Notes: generated by a model from the sequence alone, not told the origin. A stretch of 64,000 bases of DNA from Bryobacterales bacterium (GCA_963422375.2 OY729428.2:1120001-1184000), one strand, 5' to 3'. Shown: positions 19,808 to 31,642, numbered from the stretch's first letter. Made by a program: numbers and translations.

Positions 19808-22006
19808 ATGGCGGGCTCGCACTCCGAGCAACCACAGGCAGGAGATACTCCCCGCGATGGACTTTCCGATAGTCAATCTGAGACCGGGCCACTGGTCAAT
19901 AAAACCAGGCCTGCCGAGTCGAGCCCCACTCCTGCCGAACCTCCATCCGATCACGCCGCTCCCGAAAACGAACATCCTTGCCCGACCGACGATGCCGACG
20001 ATCAAGTTCCGCTCGATTCGGAAGGAACCGAACCCCACGAGACGTCCACCGGCGCCCCACCAGCCGATGACGACGGGCAACACTCTCCACCGAAAACCGG
20101 CAACTTCCGGGAAAGCGGCAACCCGGACGGCAGTAGCGGGAGCAATGCGAGCGCAGGTAAATCACCGAATACGAATCGCACCGGGAGACGAGGCCGACAG
20201 TCCGGCAATCCGGGATCGGAGCGCCGAGAATCTCCATCATTCCGCCCTGGACTGATTTGCCGGTTAAGTTCCCGCATCCGCGATATGGGAGGTCTTCCTG
20301 TTCGAGGACGAGCGGTGGCCGGTGGCGGCGGTGCGTCTCGGAGACACTCCTCTGGAAGTCACAGGCCGACGCTGCCGTCTCCCTTCGCTCAGCGGCTGCC
20401 TGAGCGTTTTCTTCCGGGACGGACAGGAACGCGCCGTTCCGCTGTTCGAGGGCGAGCCCTTGATCTTCAAGCTGCGTAAGAACTGGACGGGCGAGGGGCG
20501 CAGAATCGCCCGGACTACGACCGGTCACTTCATCGTCATCGCGCCGCATACGTGGGAAGGGACGGGGCATGCACCGGTTGAAGCGCACGGTTGTGCGGAT
20601 CCGGCATTCCGGGCACACTATTTTCACCGGGACCCAACTGCGTCGGACGGGAACGGCGACGGATTCCGCGAGTGGAGTCCTTTCCTGTCTGCCGCAAGCA
20701 TCGAACTGACCGGGCACCGCATCTTCGACGATTCGAGCGACGAAGATCTCTTCTTTGGCGACCCGCCCGGTCTGGAATCCTCACCGGAATTTGAGTGGTC
20801 GCGGGTCAGAGAGGAGGCCGAACACGGATAGGGACAGAACTTCCGGCCCGACCGGGAGTCTCTTCCGGAAGTTCTGGCTGGCAGAGAAGGCCGCTCTTAT
20901 CTCCGCGGTTACGACCCGGAAGTCAGCCTGCTCGACAGTGTGGCGTTCCGGTATGTGCGCAATTTGAGCCGGATCGAAGTCGATGGGTCGGAATATGCTC
21001 AAGACACGGTGCTCGTGCCGACGAAGACGGGCTATCCGCGCACGCAGGTACGCTTCATCGGCACCGATGGCACATCACGTACTCCGGTACTACTGCCGGC
21101 CGAAGCACACCAAGCCATAGCGCCGTCGGGCGCGGTCATCGTTCCGTCGCACCCGGACGCGGACCCAATAAAGTGCAGTCTTGGATCGGGCGGCGATACC
21201 GTGAACATCGTCCTGAACCTTCCCCGAATCTGGTGGCGGCTGGAGGACGGACGGCCCCGTACGGACGAGTGGCGCGACACGCAGCTCGTCATGACACGTG
21301 AGGAGTTCAAGAACCACGCCTACGCGGGAGCGAGGCTCTCACTCTTGTCGAAACGGGAGGCATCGGTTCGCGCAGGGTTCGACGATGAACCGGGCCAAGA
21401 GTACAGCCGAACAATCGAGGAGAAGCGCATCGCGATTCCCCTAGCACACTTCGTCGACCACGCTCAGATCGACCGGAGACTGAGCGTCGATGCGCATTTC
21501 AACGTCGAATGGGCCGGAGAGATTGTCCCGCTCATGGTGATTCGCGCCGACCCCATACCCGAGATCGTGTCCTTCACCGCGGAACCGGAGGCGGTGTTCG
21601 GCGGTCAGGAGGCGATTCTGGAGAGTGGACGACCCGGAACGCCAGCGAAGCCCTCGTGGCCATAGATCCAGACATAGGCGTGGTCGGAAGCAATGGAACC
21701 TTTACCGTCCGCCCCACTGAAACGACCCGATACGCGCTCACCTTGGCCGTTTCCGACACCAACGATATCTGCAGGACCGTAACGGTTAGCGTCGATTCGC
21801 TGCCTGGGTCCGGAAAGCGACCAGCCGCTCGCGTTATGTCTACCGGAGGCGGATGGAGAGTCGGTAAGGGGTTCAGTCGCCTTGAACTCAAGAGCGTCGG
21901 CCTGACAGTGCCGGAGGCAGCGGATCGTTCGATCCCCGTTGACAGGCGCCGGCAAACCTCACACCGGGTCAACGTAGATGCAATCAGGAGCATGCTCGAT
22001 GCCTGA
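19808..22006 (+). pseudogene. Large hypothetical protein (about 730 aa reconstructed) with C-terminal ribosomal L13e-like domain; frameshifts near 20262 and 21620, TAG at 20829
   Basis: ORFs 19808..20479, 20322..20831, 20940..21665 and 21509..22006 join into one coherent product; the end is WRVGKGFSRLELKSVGLT...IPVDRRRQTSHRVNVDAI. Confidence 0.65.
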
Positions 22007-25000
22007 GATCGACATTCGGGATTGGCCGGAGAGAGTCCGGGAACGCTATGAGAACTACCTAGTGCCCGTGACAAAACTCGTATGCCCTTGACAACAAAGG
22101 CGTTAGGTCCAATCTCTCAAGGCGAAGATTTCGCTGGAATGCTACGACTAATCCGAAATCCTGGCGATTCTGGGTAGAGCGCGGAAATCTTCGCGATTGG
22201 CGGCTGAGCAACTTCCGACCTTGGGCCCTATATGTTGTGTTTGGAGATCCATCCGACATCAGGATGTAGTATGAAATGCTGATCAGGCCAGAATTCAGGG
22301 GTTTTGTCACAAGCACTACCTAAAGACCTCCTTCTACTTCAAGGAACGCCCCCTCCGGTCATCCTTCGAGAAAGCCCTGCGCAAAGAGGGAAGACTCCTG
22401 AAGGGGCCTTTTCCGGAACGCCACCGTGGGTTCGCGACAGGCATGGCCGCGCGGGCGCTGGCGGCCGAGTGTTTCCGCGGCGGGGCCGAGGGTCTCTTGC
22501 CAGCGCTGATCGACGGCCCGTTGTATACGCATCAAGAACGCGCCATCCGCACCACGCATGTCGAAGCACTGAACGTGGTGGTCGCCACCGGCAGCGGCAA
22601 AACGGAGAGCTTCATCTACCCCGTCTTGTTTGAACTCTACCGCCAGCATCTCGCCGGAGAGCTCGAAGAGCCGGGGGTGAGGGCCATGATTCTCTACCCG
22701 ATGAACGCGCTCGCGAACGATCAGCGCGAGCGTCTGGGCAAGATCTGCAGGGACTTGAAGGAGGCCGGATCCGAATTTGAACCGACATTCGGGCAATACA
22801 TCGGCCAGACGCCGGAGAATGCCGGGGACAGACGGCGCTATGCCGCCGCACGCTATGAAGCTTGCTTGCCGGGGGAGCTTGTCTTTCGCGAAGAGATGCG
22901 CCGGTTCCCGCCGCATGTCCTGCTGACCAACTACTCCATGCTGGAGTATCTTCTCATCCGTCCCGACGACAGCCTTCTGTTCGACGGCGGGCGAGGCACG
23001 CATTGGCAGTTCGTCGTGCTCGACGAGGCGCATCAGTATCGCGGCGCACGGGCATCGAAATGGGGATGCTGGTCCGGCGCCTCAAGCAGCGCCTGCGCGA
23101 CGGGGGACGGCAAGATCCGTTCCGATGCATCGCCACCAGCGCGACGATTACCACCAGCCAGGACGACGAAGACAGGCAGGCGGTTGCGGAATTCGCGAGA
23201 GAACTTTTCGGGGAGCCCTTCTCAGGACGCGCTATCGTCTTCGGCGAATCGCGTCCGTCCGGCGACGATGGAGCTCCCCGGCGCTTCCACGCGTTTCTCC
23301 GCGCACTTGAAGGCGCCTTCCTCGTTCACCAAGAAGACGCGGATACCGTGGTGCTCAATCGAAAGAGCGAGGGCGGACCTGGCGCGGCCGGGAAGCCCTT
23401 GGAAATCGCGCTCTGTCGAGAGTGCGGCCAGCATTACTATGTCGGCCGGGAACATGGGGGTCGGTTGCGAGAGGCCGTTCGCGATCCGAGCGATCCGGGT
23501 TTCGGTGTCGATTACTACCTTCCGACGGACGATGGAGACCATTCGCCATGCAGACACTGCGGCATCCTGTCAAGGTCCACGCCCGGCTGCGACTGCGGTG
23601 CAACGATTCCGGTGATGAAATGCGACTCCGACGCACAGAAGCCCGACCAACTAAAGCGGTGCGAGTTCTGTGGCTATCGGCGCGGCGGGGTCGGCGATCC
23701 CGTTCAGGAAATCGTGCATGGATCGGACGGGCCGAACTCCGTGATCGCGACCGCCCTTCACGAACTGCTTCCGGAAGGCCGGCGCAAGGTTCTCGCTTTC
23801 GCCGACAGCCGCCAGGAGGCGGCGTTCTTCGCTTGGTACGCCGAGGATTCCTACGAAAAGCTACGCGACCAAAACTTCATCCTGCGGGCCATTAAGTCCG
23901 AACCCGTAGCTGAGGAAGGGCTGTCCATCGACGACCTCCGGAACCGCCTGCTCCGGCAGTGGGACGAGGCCGGGCTCTTCAGCGAAGCGGATACACGGGA
24001 GCAGCGAACCCGCCGTGTTCTCACGTCCATCCTGCGAGAGGCGTTGACCGAGGAGAAGAGACTGTCCCTGGCCGGCGTCGGCTTGGTCAGATGGTTCATC
24101 GCACTGCCCCAAGACCTGCGTATGCCGGGCATTGTGGGGCGCTCGCCATGGAATTTCACCGAGATCGAGGCGCGCGCGCTGGTCGGCTACCTGCTGAACG
24201 AGATGCGTCAGCGCCGCGCGATGAGCCTGCCCGGGGGCGCCGATACGCCGCCATGGAACGACATCTCACCCTGGCCGCAAGAGGCATTCGGGAACGCGCC
24301 GCCGAAAAGTCGACGCCACATCGTGCAGTGGGACGGCCCCCAATCCGCGATCGTCAGTCACTTCCTTCGAAGGCTCCTCGCGCATAGCGGCCTGTCCAAG
24401 GACAGGAAGCGATGCGCGTCGACGGAACTGATGACGGCGTTATGGCGCGCATTGCGCGAATATACCGACGATCCCGTACTAAAGCCTGCGAAGGTAAACG
24501 GCACGTTCCATCTCGATTCGCGCTGGCTCCGGATCAAGCCCGCCCGCCTCGACGATGTCCGGGAGTGCGACACCTGCGCCACTCTTGCGAACCACGACGT
24601 TCGAGGCGTCTGCCCCCGAAACAAGTGCCCAGGCACGCTCTCGCCGGCCCGTCGCGACCACCCCGACGGGAACCACTATCGAATCCTCTATGAGAGTTCT
24701 GGATTGCCCCCGGCTCTGCGCGCGGAAGAACACACCGCTCAGATCGATGCCGACGAGGCGCGCAAGAGGCAGGAGCGCTTCAAGACCGGCGAAATCCACC
24801 TCCTAAGCTCCTCCACCACGTTCGAGGTCGGCGTCGACCTTGGCGACTTGGAGTCCGTGTTTTTCCGCAACGTCCCCCCGGAATCGTTCAACTACGCTCA
24901 GTGCGCCGGTCGGGCCGGTCAGCGGGACACACCCGGGCTGGTGCTGACCTACTGCCGCCGAAATCCCCACGACCTCTATCACTATGAGAGTCCCGTCGAC

Positions 25001-26059
25001 CGAGTGATCGAGGGTGCGATTCATCCGTCGCGCTTTCGCATGACGAACGAGAAAATCTTCCTGCGGCACATGGTCGCCGTCGCCTTGGCTGAATTCTTCA
25101 AGAAAGACACTGTCAGGTTCCAGAACATCGAGACCTTTGTCGGTGACCGGCATGCACCTCAGGCGAGAAGCGACCTTTTCACATTCTGCGAAGATAACGG
25201 TGCGTTGAAGGAGACCATGTTCCGCATCGTTCCGGAGAACATGCATGGGCACATCGGTCTCGAGGACGAAGCTTGGATTGTCAACATCGCCGGCAAGAAG
25301 AGCCGCCTTGCCTTGGCAGAGACGGACGTGTGCGCGGACTACACTGAAATGGAGGCCCGTCCCAGGCAATGCTTCGAGCAGGGCAGAGATAGCTGGGTCG
25401 GGCGCATCGGCAAGCGCATGAAGACCATCGCGGAGGAACGGACGCTCAATTTCCTTTCCCGAAAGGCCGTCATTCCAAAGTACGGATTTTCGGTGGATGT
25501 CGTGGAGCTCGATGTCCGTTCCACCGATGGACAAGCGACTGGCGTCGCGCTCCAGCGGGACCTGTCGCAGGCGATCGCCGAGTACGATCCCGGCGGCAAG
25601 GTGGTTGCCAACAAGCTCGAGTGGAAGTCATGGGCGTCAAGGCGGTTGCCGGCAAGGCATGCCCGGTGCGCCATTACCGTTACGACGACGCACGCAACTT
25701 CAAGCAATGGAACGAAGGCAATGCAGAGGCACGACCGCATGAACGGAAGTACCTCATTCCCGAGTTCGGCTTCGTGACAGACCTATTCTAGAAACCCTCC
25801 GAGCCGAAGGGACGGGCGCGCCGCTTGTACACAACGCGGCCATTCTTCAGGGGGTTCGAGGAGCAGCCTACAAGCAAGACCATGTTCGGCGGCGTGCAGA
25901 TGACGCAGGCCGTACCCGGTATGCTAGTCATCCTTTGCGAAGGCAGGAACCGGGAGGGCTTCTACATCTGCCGTTCCTGCGGCAGACACATGGCCAAGCC
26001 GCAGGTAGCCCACAAATCTCCGTCGGACTCCGACTGTACTGAGGGGCGCAAAAGTCTTT
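21999..26059 (+). pseudogene. DEAD/DEAH-box helicase of YprA/DUF1998 (DrmB/DruE-like) type, interrupted by MITE, frameshifts and IS1595
   Basis: AGGAG RBS + ATG 21999 overlapping upstream TGA; LYTHQE, ATGSGKT, YPMNALANDQ, LTNYSMLEY, DEAH, FADSRQEAA, EEHTAQ, STTFEVGVDLGDL, AGRAG; Zn-finger CxxC clusters; frameshifts near 23050 and 25630, TAG near 25788. Confidence 0.85.
22062..22316. mobile_element. MITE copy 1 (255 bp), TIR GTGCYYGTGACAAAAC, TSD TACCTA
   Basis: TACCTA at 22056-22061 and 22317-22322; removal restores helicase frame ...YENYL-KTSFYF... Confidence 0.9.
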
Positions 26060-26990
26060 CCTGATTACCCACAAGACTCAGCCAAGGTTAGGAGGCGGTA
26101 AGGCATGGGTGAGGTGCGCACGGAGGCGTGGAGCAGGCGGGGGACCAGCGCCTCCAGGTCGTAGCGGCGGTTGAAGCGGTAGCGGAACTCGGCGAGGTAC
26201 CGCGGCACGTGCTCGCAGCCGGCGCCGGCCACGCCCCGCAAGCAGGCCGGGCCGTCGGAATGCACCTCCGTGCCGGGCTGCAAGTGCCGCCCGGCCCACG
26301 CTGCCAGCGTCTTCTTGCGCAAGCCCGCCACGCTGCTCAGGCGCATCCTTGCCGGCTGGCCGGCGGCGGTGACCTGCACGGCGGCGACGAACGGCGTCTT
26401 GCCCGCCGCGCCGCGCCCGCGCTTGCCGCCGCTCCGCTCCCCGCCCCAGTAGGCCCCAGTAGGCGTCGTCCACTTGCACGATGCCGTGCAGCGGCACGCG
26501 CTCGTCGCGCTCCTTCAGCACTGGCAGGAGCTTGTGCTGCACCTTCCAGGCCGTGTCTTCCAGGCCGTGTTCCGGCTGACCTCCAGCTGCCGCGCCAGTT
26601 CCAGCGACGAAACGCCGTGCTGGCCCTGCGTCAGCGGGTGGATCGCCGGGAACCAGACGGTCAGCGGCAGCTTGGTGGCGGCCAAGATCGTGCCGGCGAC
26701 GAGGGAGGTCCGGCGGTGGCAGGCATTGCACTGCCGGAGCTTGCGGGAGCGGATGCGGCAGTGCCGGCGGGAGCCGCACTCCGGGTAGCGGAAGCCGTCC
26801 GGCCAGCGGGCGTTGAAGACGGCGTGCTCGCATGGCCCCTCGCTGCCGTAGCGCTGCAGGAACTTGCCCAGGCTGAGTCCCTTCTGGAATTGCACGCGAT
26901 TGCGTTTCATCTGCTATCTCCTTTCATATCATAGATTTCTAACCTCCTTCAGTATAGCATATCCTCGGCTGACGTTCGTTGGTAATCAGG
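26060..26990 (-). mobile_element. IS1595-family element copy A, defective (frameshifts, internal deletion)
   Basis: TIRs CCTGATTACC at both ends; MKRNRVQFQKGLSL, RWPDGF, ATKLPL, VQVDDAYWG, RYLAEFRYRFNRR. Confidence 0.9.
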
Positions 26991-27222
26991 AAATATTTTC
27001 GGATCGGCCAGGCCAGAATGTACTGGCAACTGGGTTCCCAAGAAGTCTGCTAAGAAGGAGATATTCCAAATTCAAGTACGCAATATACTGTGTAGATAGT
27101 TACGGTATATCACAATATAAAGGCCTAAGTTCGAGAATTCAAGACTCTATCTCTGCGCTGCTATGATGACAGCCTGAATCGGAAGTCGACTGAGTATGGC
27201 CCGTATCTTGGGAAAAGACTTT

Positions 27223-28265
27223 CCTGATTACCAACGAATGTCAGCCGAGGATATGCTATACTGAAGAAGGTAGGAAGTCTCTGATAAGAAAGGAGATAGC
27301 AGATGAAACGCAATCGCGTGCAATGCCAGCAGGGACTCAGCCTGGGCAAGTTCCTGCAGCGCTACGGCAGCGAGGGGCCATGCGAGCAGGCCGTCTTCAA
27401 CGCCCGCTGGCCGGACGGCTTCCGCTGCCCGGAGTGCGGCTCCCGCCGGCACTGCCGCATCCGCTCCCGCAAGCTCCGGCAGTGCAATGCCTGCCACCGC
27501 CGGACCTCCCTCGTCGCCGGCACGATCTTCGCCGCCACCAAGCTGCCGCTGACCGTCTGGTTCCTAGCGCTCCACCTGCTGACGCAGGGCCAGCACGGCG
27601 TTTCGTCGCTGGAACTGGCGCGGCAGCTGGGCGTAAGCCGGAATACGGCCTGGAAGACACGGCCTGGAAGGTGCAGCACAAGCTCCTGCAAGTGCTGAAG
27701 GAGCGCGACGAGCGCGTGCCGCTGCACGGCATCGTGCAAGTGGACGACGCCTACTGGGGCCTACGGGGGCGGGGAGCGGACCGGCGGGCAAGACGCCGTT
27801 CGTCGCCGCCGTGCAGGTCACCCAGGTCACCGCCGACGGCAAGCCGGCAAGGATGCGCCTGAGCAGCGTGGCGGGCTTGCGCAAGAAGACGCTGGCAGCG
27901 TGGGCCGGGCGGCACTTGCAGCCCGGCACGGAGGTGCATTCCGACGGCCCGGCCTGCTTGCGGGGCGTGGCCGGCGCCGGCTGCGAGCACGTGCCGACCG
28001 TCACCGGAGGCGGGCAGCGGAGCTGCGCGGATTCCCGCTTCGTCCGGGTCAGCAGGATGCTGGCGAACGTCAAGCAGTCCCTGGCGGGAACCTGCCATGC
28101 GCTCGACGGCAAGCACCTGCCGCGCTACCTCGCCGAGTTCCGCTACCGCTTCAACCGCCGCTACGATCTCGAGGCGCTGGTCCTCCGCCTGCTCCACGCC
28201 TCCGTGCGCACCCCGTCCATGCCTTACCGCCTCCTAACCTTGGCTGAGTCTTGTGGGTAATCAGG
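27223..28265 (+). mobile_element. IS1595-family element copy B, defective (frameshifts)
   Basis: Same TIRs (CCTGATTACC ... GGTAATCAGG); near-identical to copy A in inverted orientation; RWPDGFRCPECG, HSDG, YLAEFRYRFNRR. Confidence 0.9.
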
Positions 28266-28731
28266 ATTCGTTATCAAGGACGAAATCGAATGGGTCGGCG
28301 TGATCCGGACGAAAACAGGGCGGCATCGTTTCGAGCGTTGTCCGATAGTGAAGTTTCGTGGTCTTGAATGGCCCGTCCCTGTCAAGAGTCTGGGAGATGG
28401 CCCGAAGCGAGTATTCTCGTTAGGCATAGCTTTGGCGAATGCTTCGAATAGATTCCTGCTGATCGATGAAGTCGAGAATGGGATACACCATTCTTCGCAA
28501 CTCTCCTACTGGAATATGATTTTCTCGCTAGCGCGGCGCAACTCAATCCAGATTATTGTAACGACACACAGTTACGATGCCGTTGTCGGTTTCGCTCGGA
28601 CTGCGAGAGAGTATGAAAGCAAAGACAGTGCATTTATACGGCTCCAAAGGAAGAATGGTATTCTCAGTACAATAGAATACTTTCACGAGGAACTGATGAC
28701 GGCTACAAAGTACGAAGTTGAAGTCAGGTAG
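28266..28731 (+). pseudogene. C-terminal fragment of ABC-type (AAA_21/AbiEii-like) ATPase, 5' part removed at IS1595
   Basis: SLGDG signature, LLIDEVENGIH Walker B, TTHS H-loop, ends EVR*; lower GC than flanks. Confidence 0.8.
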
Positions 28732-30233
28732 TTTGTCGAAACCAGATGCGTAGCTGGTGATTCATGCCGACAATTCTCGGCGCAATTGCGGCAATACCCG
28801 CAATTCCGACCCGGTACTCTGCGATGCCGACTCCAAAGTGTAGATTTTTCTTGAAGTTCACCGCCATGGCTCGCTCGTGCACCCGCCTCATTCCGCTTCA
28901 AGCTCGCGAGTCTAGGGCTCGTGGGCCGTATCGACAGATCGCGACCCTTTCTTCAATCGGTGGCGACCATGCTGACTGGTGATCTCGCAGGAGTCGGCGA
29001 GGTGCGGTCGGCGTTCCCGACTTCGAGACATCTTGATGCTAGGCTTTGGCATGGTTTGACCCGTGCATCCGACCACAGTGCCGACCGACCAGTCCCCGCC
29101 GGACGCCAGTGGGTTGCCTGGAGCCCCGCCATGCCTGCGCCCGGGTATGAAGCTCAAGCCGGGGGCTTCGACGATGCACTTGGAAAGTTGATGCCTGGCT
29201 TGGACGGCAGTCCGCTTGGCTGACCGCAGCGAAGGAGAAGAAGGAAGCGGATGCGCTTCCACTTCCGAGTCGGCTGCGTGCGCCACCAGTACCGCCCCGT
29301 CCGCAAGGCAAAGCGCGATGAGTAGTGGTAGGAAGGACAGCAAGCACCCGTGGGGATTACCAAGGGCGATTCCCCACTAGGAAAGATGACATTCGGCTCC
29401 ACGGCGAATCGTGCCAAGGTGGCCGCACTCGCGGAGAAGGGGAATGCGGCGTCAAGTCCAGTGGCGACTGCTCGTACTCCTTGCTCTGACGGCGGCGGGC
29501 TTCGACTGTACGCACACGCGCGGCCCGTACACAGTTCGCAGACTGGATCCGGACTGGGTCGAGAACGCGCCGCGCCGCGGTATTCTCGCTGCACGACTGC
29601 TTGGGCGAGTCTCGGCCGTTCCATTGCGAATCGCGTATTGCGCAGCAGTATCAAGGCACGAGCGAAGTCGGCCCGCTGACAGTTTCCGGTCAAACTTTCC
29701 GCTGACGAGATCAGCGAGAGGCGGCGGGTGTCGAAGCAGCGACACTGCATGACCGAGCAGATGCAATGCGCGAGTGCCGTGCGCGCGGGCTTGGCCGCAG
29801 TCAACGCTGCGGTTCGGAGTTGCTCAATCCGGCAACTGCTCTCCAGATCGTTCCCGACCGGTCAAACTTACCCCGAGAATGCTGGATGCTCGACGTTCAG
29901 ACCGCCAATTGGGATGTCTGGACAGATGGAGCAGTCAGACTGCAAACAGGCTGCGGAACGCAGCAAGCGAATACTTCCCTTGCAGGAACTAGGCGACAGG
30001 CGGGAGCAAGGCCACTAGTAGCAGCAACTGAACCTTCCTGATCGTCATGCCGAGCTTCCGTTTCCGTATCAGTGGGTGGTGGCGTACACAATTGGCAGCG
30101 CGTTGGGCCCCGCGACGAGCTTCCCGCGCTCCAGCGAACGCTCCTTCGGGTGCCGCTTCGAAGTAGCTGTCGGATGCTGCCACACCCTCCCCCGCGCCGG
30201 ATGCGGCGCATTCTGGCGTGATAGGGTTGCGAA

Positions 30234-31523
30234 ATGGCCGATTCCACCCAGGCAGCGGTGCTCCTAGTCGCGACTGTCGGCGGTTCGCCGGAACCTCTCG
30301 TCGCGAGCATCCTGCATTGGAAGCCGCAACGGATCCTGTTCGTGCCCTCCGTGACGTCCGCCGATCAAGTCGACGGCATTCGCGTTGCGCTGCAAGAGCG
30401 CGGACACGAACTGCCGCCCGGCACCTACGAGGCGATTCCCGTGTCCGATCCTCAGGATCTCGCCAAGTGCGTGCGAGAGATGCGTCGCGGCTTGGAGGAA
30501 GACGCAGCGAAATGGTGCGGCCGCGGGGAGCACTTCCGCTGCGTGGTCGACTTCACCGGTGGCACCAAGTGCATGACGGCTGCGCTGTCGAATCTCGCCC
30601 GCTACTGGCCGCGTGTCGAATTCTCGTTCGTCGGGGGCTTCGTGCGCGACAAGGGCGGAGTCGGCATCGTCCAGTCCGGAACGGAGCAAGTGGTCTCGGC
30701 CGCCAATCCATGGGCCGTCTTCGGGCATCAGGCGGTCGAGGATGCGATCGTCGCGTTCGACCACCACGACTACCACGAGGCCACCGCCTGGCTACGAGCC
30801 GCGATTCCTAAGGTCCGTTCCGATCCGGCCCGAGCGAGCGAGCTGAGCGCGCTGGCGACATTCGTGGAGGGATACGACCTCTGGGACCGGACCGAGTACA
30901 GCGAGGCGTACGGGAAGTTCGGGCAGTGCTCGAAGAAGCTGAACGACCTCTCCGCGGCATTGCTGCACATGGGTCCCGAATGCCTCAGAAGGTATGTCGG
31001 CGCCGCGCGGGAAAAGTTGGAAGCGCTGAAGAGAGATACCGGGCGACCGACTCGGGCGCTGCTCGAGGACTTGCTCGCGAACGCCGCGCGGCGCAAGGAC
31101 GAAGGGCGTCACGTGGACGCCGTGGCCCGTCTGTACCGGGCGATCGAGCTCGCGGCGCAGCTGCGATTGCTCGAGGGGTTCGGGATCCGAACCGCCGCCG
31201 TTCCGGTTGCCGAACTGCCGGAAACGCTCGCCGATAGCGTCAAGCGGAGGGCGGCTGACGGCTCCGTGACACTGGGCCTGCAGGATGCCTACGCCTTGCT
31301 GCGCCACAGGGGCGACCCGCTGGGCGAGCGGTTCTTCGCCCTGAACTGGAACGGCCGCCGGTCGCCCCTGGCCGGGCGCAACGATTCCATCGCCGGGCAT
31401 GGGTTCGCGCCGGTCCCGAAGGAGACTTGCGCCCAACTCTGGGAAGGCGCCCTCGCCCTCGCCGGCCTGCGTGCCGACGAGGTGTTCCAATTCCCGACGC
31501 TCGGACTGGGCAGGCGCTCCTGA
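30234..31523 (+). CDS. TIGR02710-family CRISPR-associated CARF protein with C-terminal HEPN-like motif
   Basis: TVGGSPEP, DFTGGTK.M (CARF), NPW, DLLANAARR, DAVARLYRAIE, RNDSIAGHG. Confidence 0.85.
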   Translation: MADSTQAAVLLVATVGGSPEPLVASILHWKPQRILFVPSVTSADQVDGIRVALQERGHELPPGTYEAIPVSDPQDLAKCVREMRRGLEEDAAKWCGRGEHFRCVVDFTGGTKCMTAALSNLARYWPRVEFSFVGGFVRDKGGVGIVQSGTEQVVSAANPWAVFGHQAVEDAIVAFDHHDYHEATAWLRAAIPKVRSDPARASELSALATFVEGYDLWDRTEYSEAYGKFGQCSKKLNDLSAALLHMGPECLRRYVGAAREKLEALKRDTGRPTRALLEDLLANAARRKDEGRHVDAVARLYRAIELAAQLRLLEGFGIRTAAVPVAELPETLADSVKRRAADGSVTLGLQDAYALLRHRGDPLGERFFALNWNGRRSPLAGRNDSIAGHGFAPVPKETCAQLWEGALALAGLRADEVFQFPTLGLGRRS

Positions 31524-31642
31524 TCGCCGCCGATGGCACGGAAGCGAGGCGTAAAGGCCCGAATAGGCCCCGCTAGCGCCCGCGTCTCGGATAGAATGGC
31601 CGACAGACGGATCGAGACGCCCCCTGTCTCGCCCGCAGGTCA

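Noticed and set aside
21824..22006. A genuine ribosomal protein L13e gene or archaeal/eukaryotic contamination
   Set aside because: The motif is the fused tail of a larger protein in a bacterial-style coupled operon, with no ribosomal gene context
28732..31640. CRISPR array near the CARF gene
   Set aside because: No regularly spaced direct repeats found by eye here or elsewhere in the window
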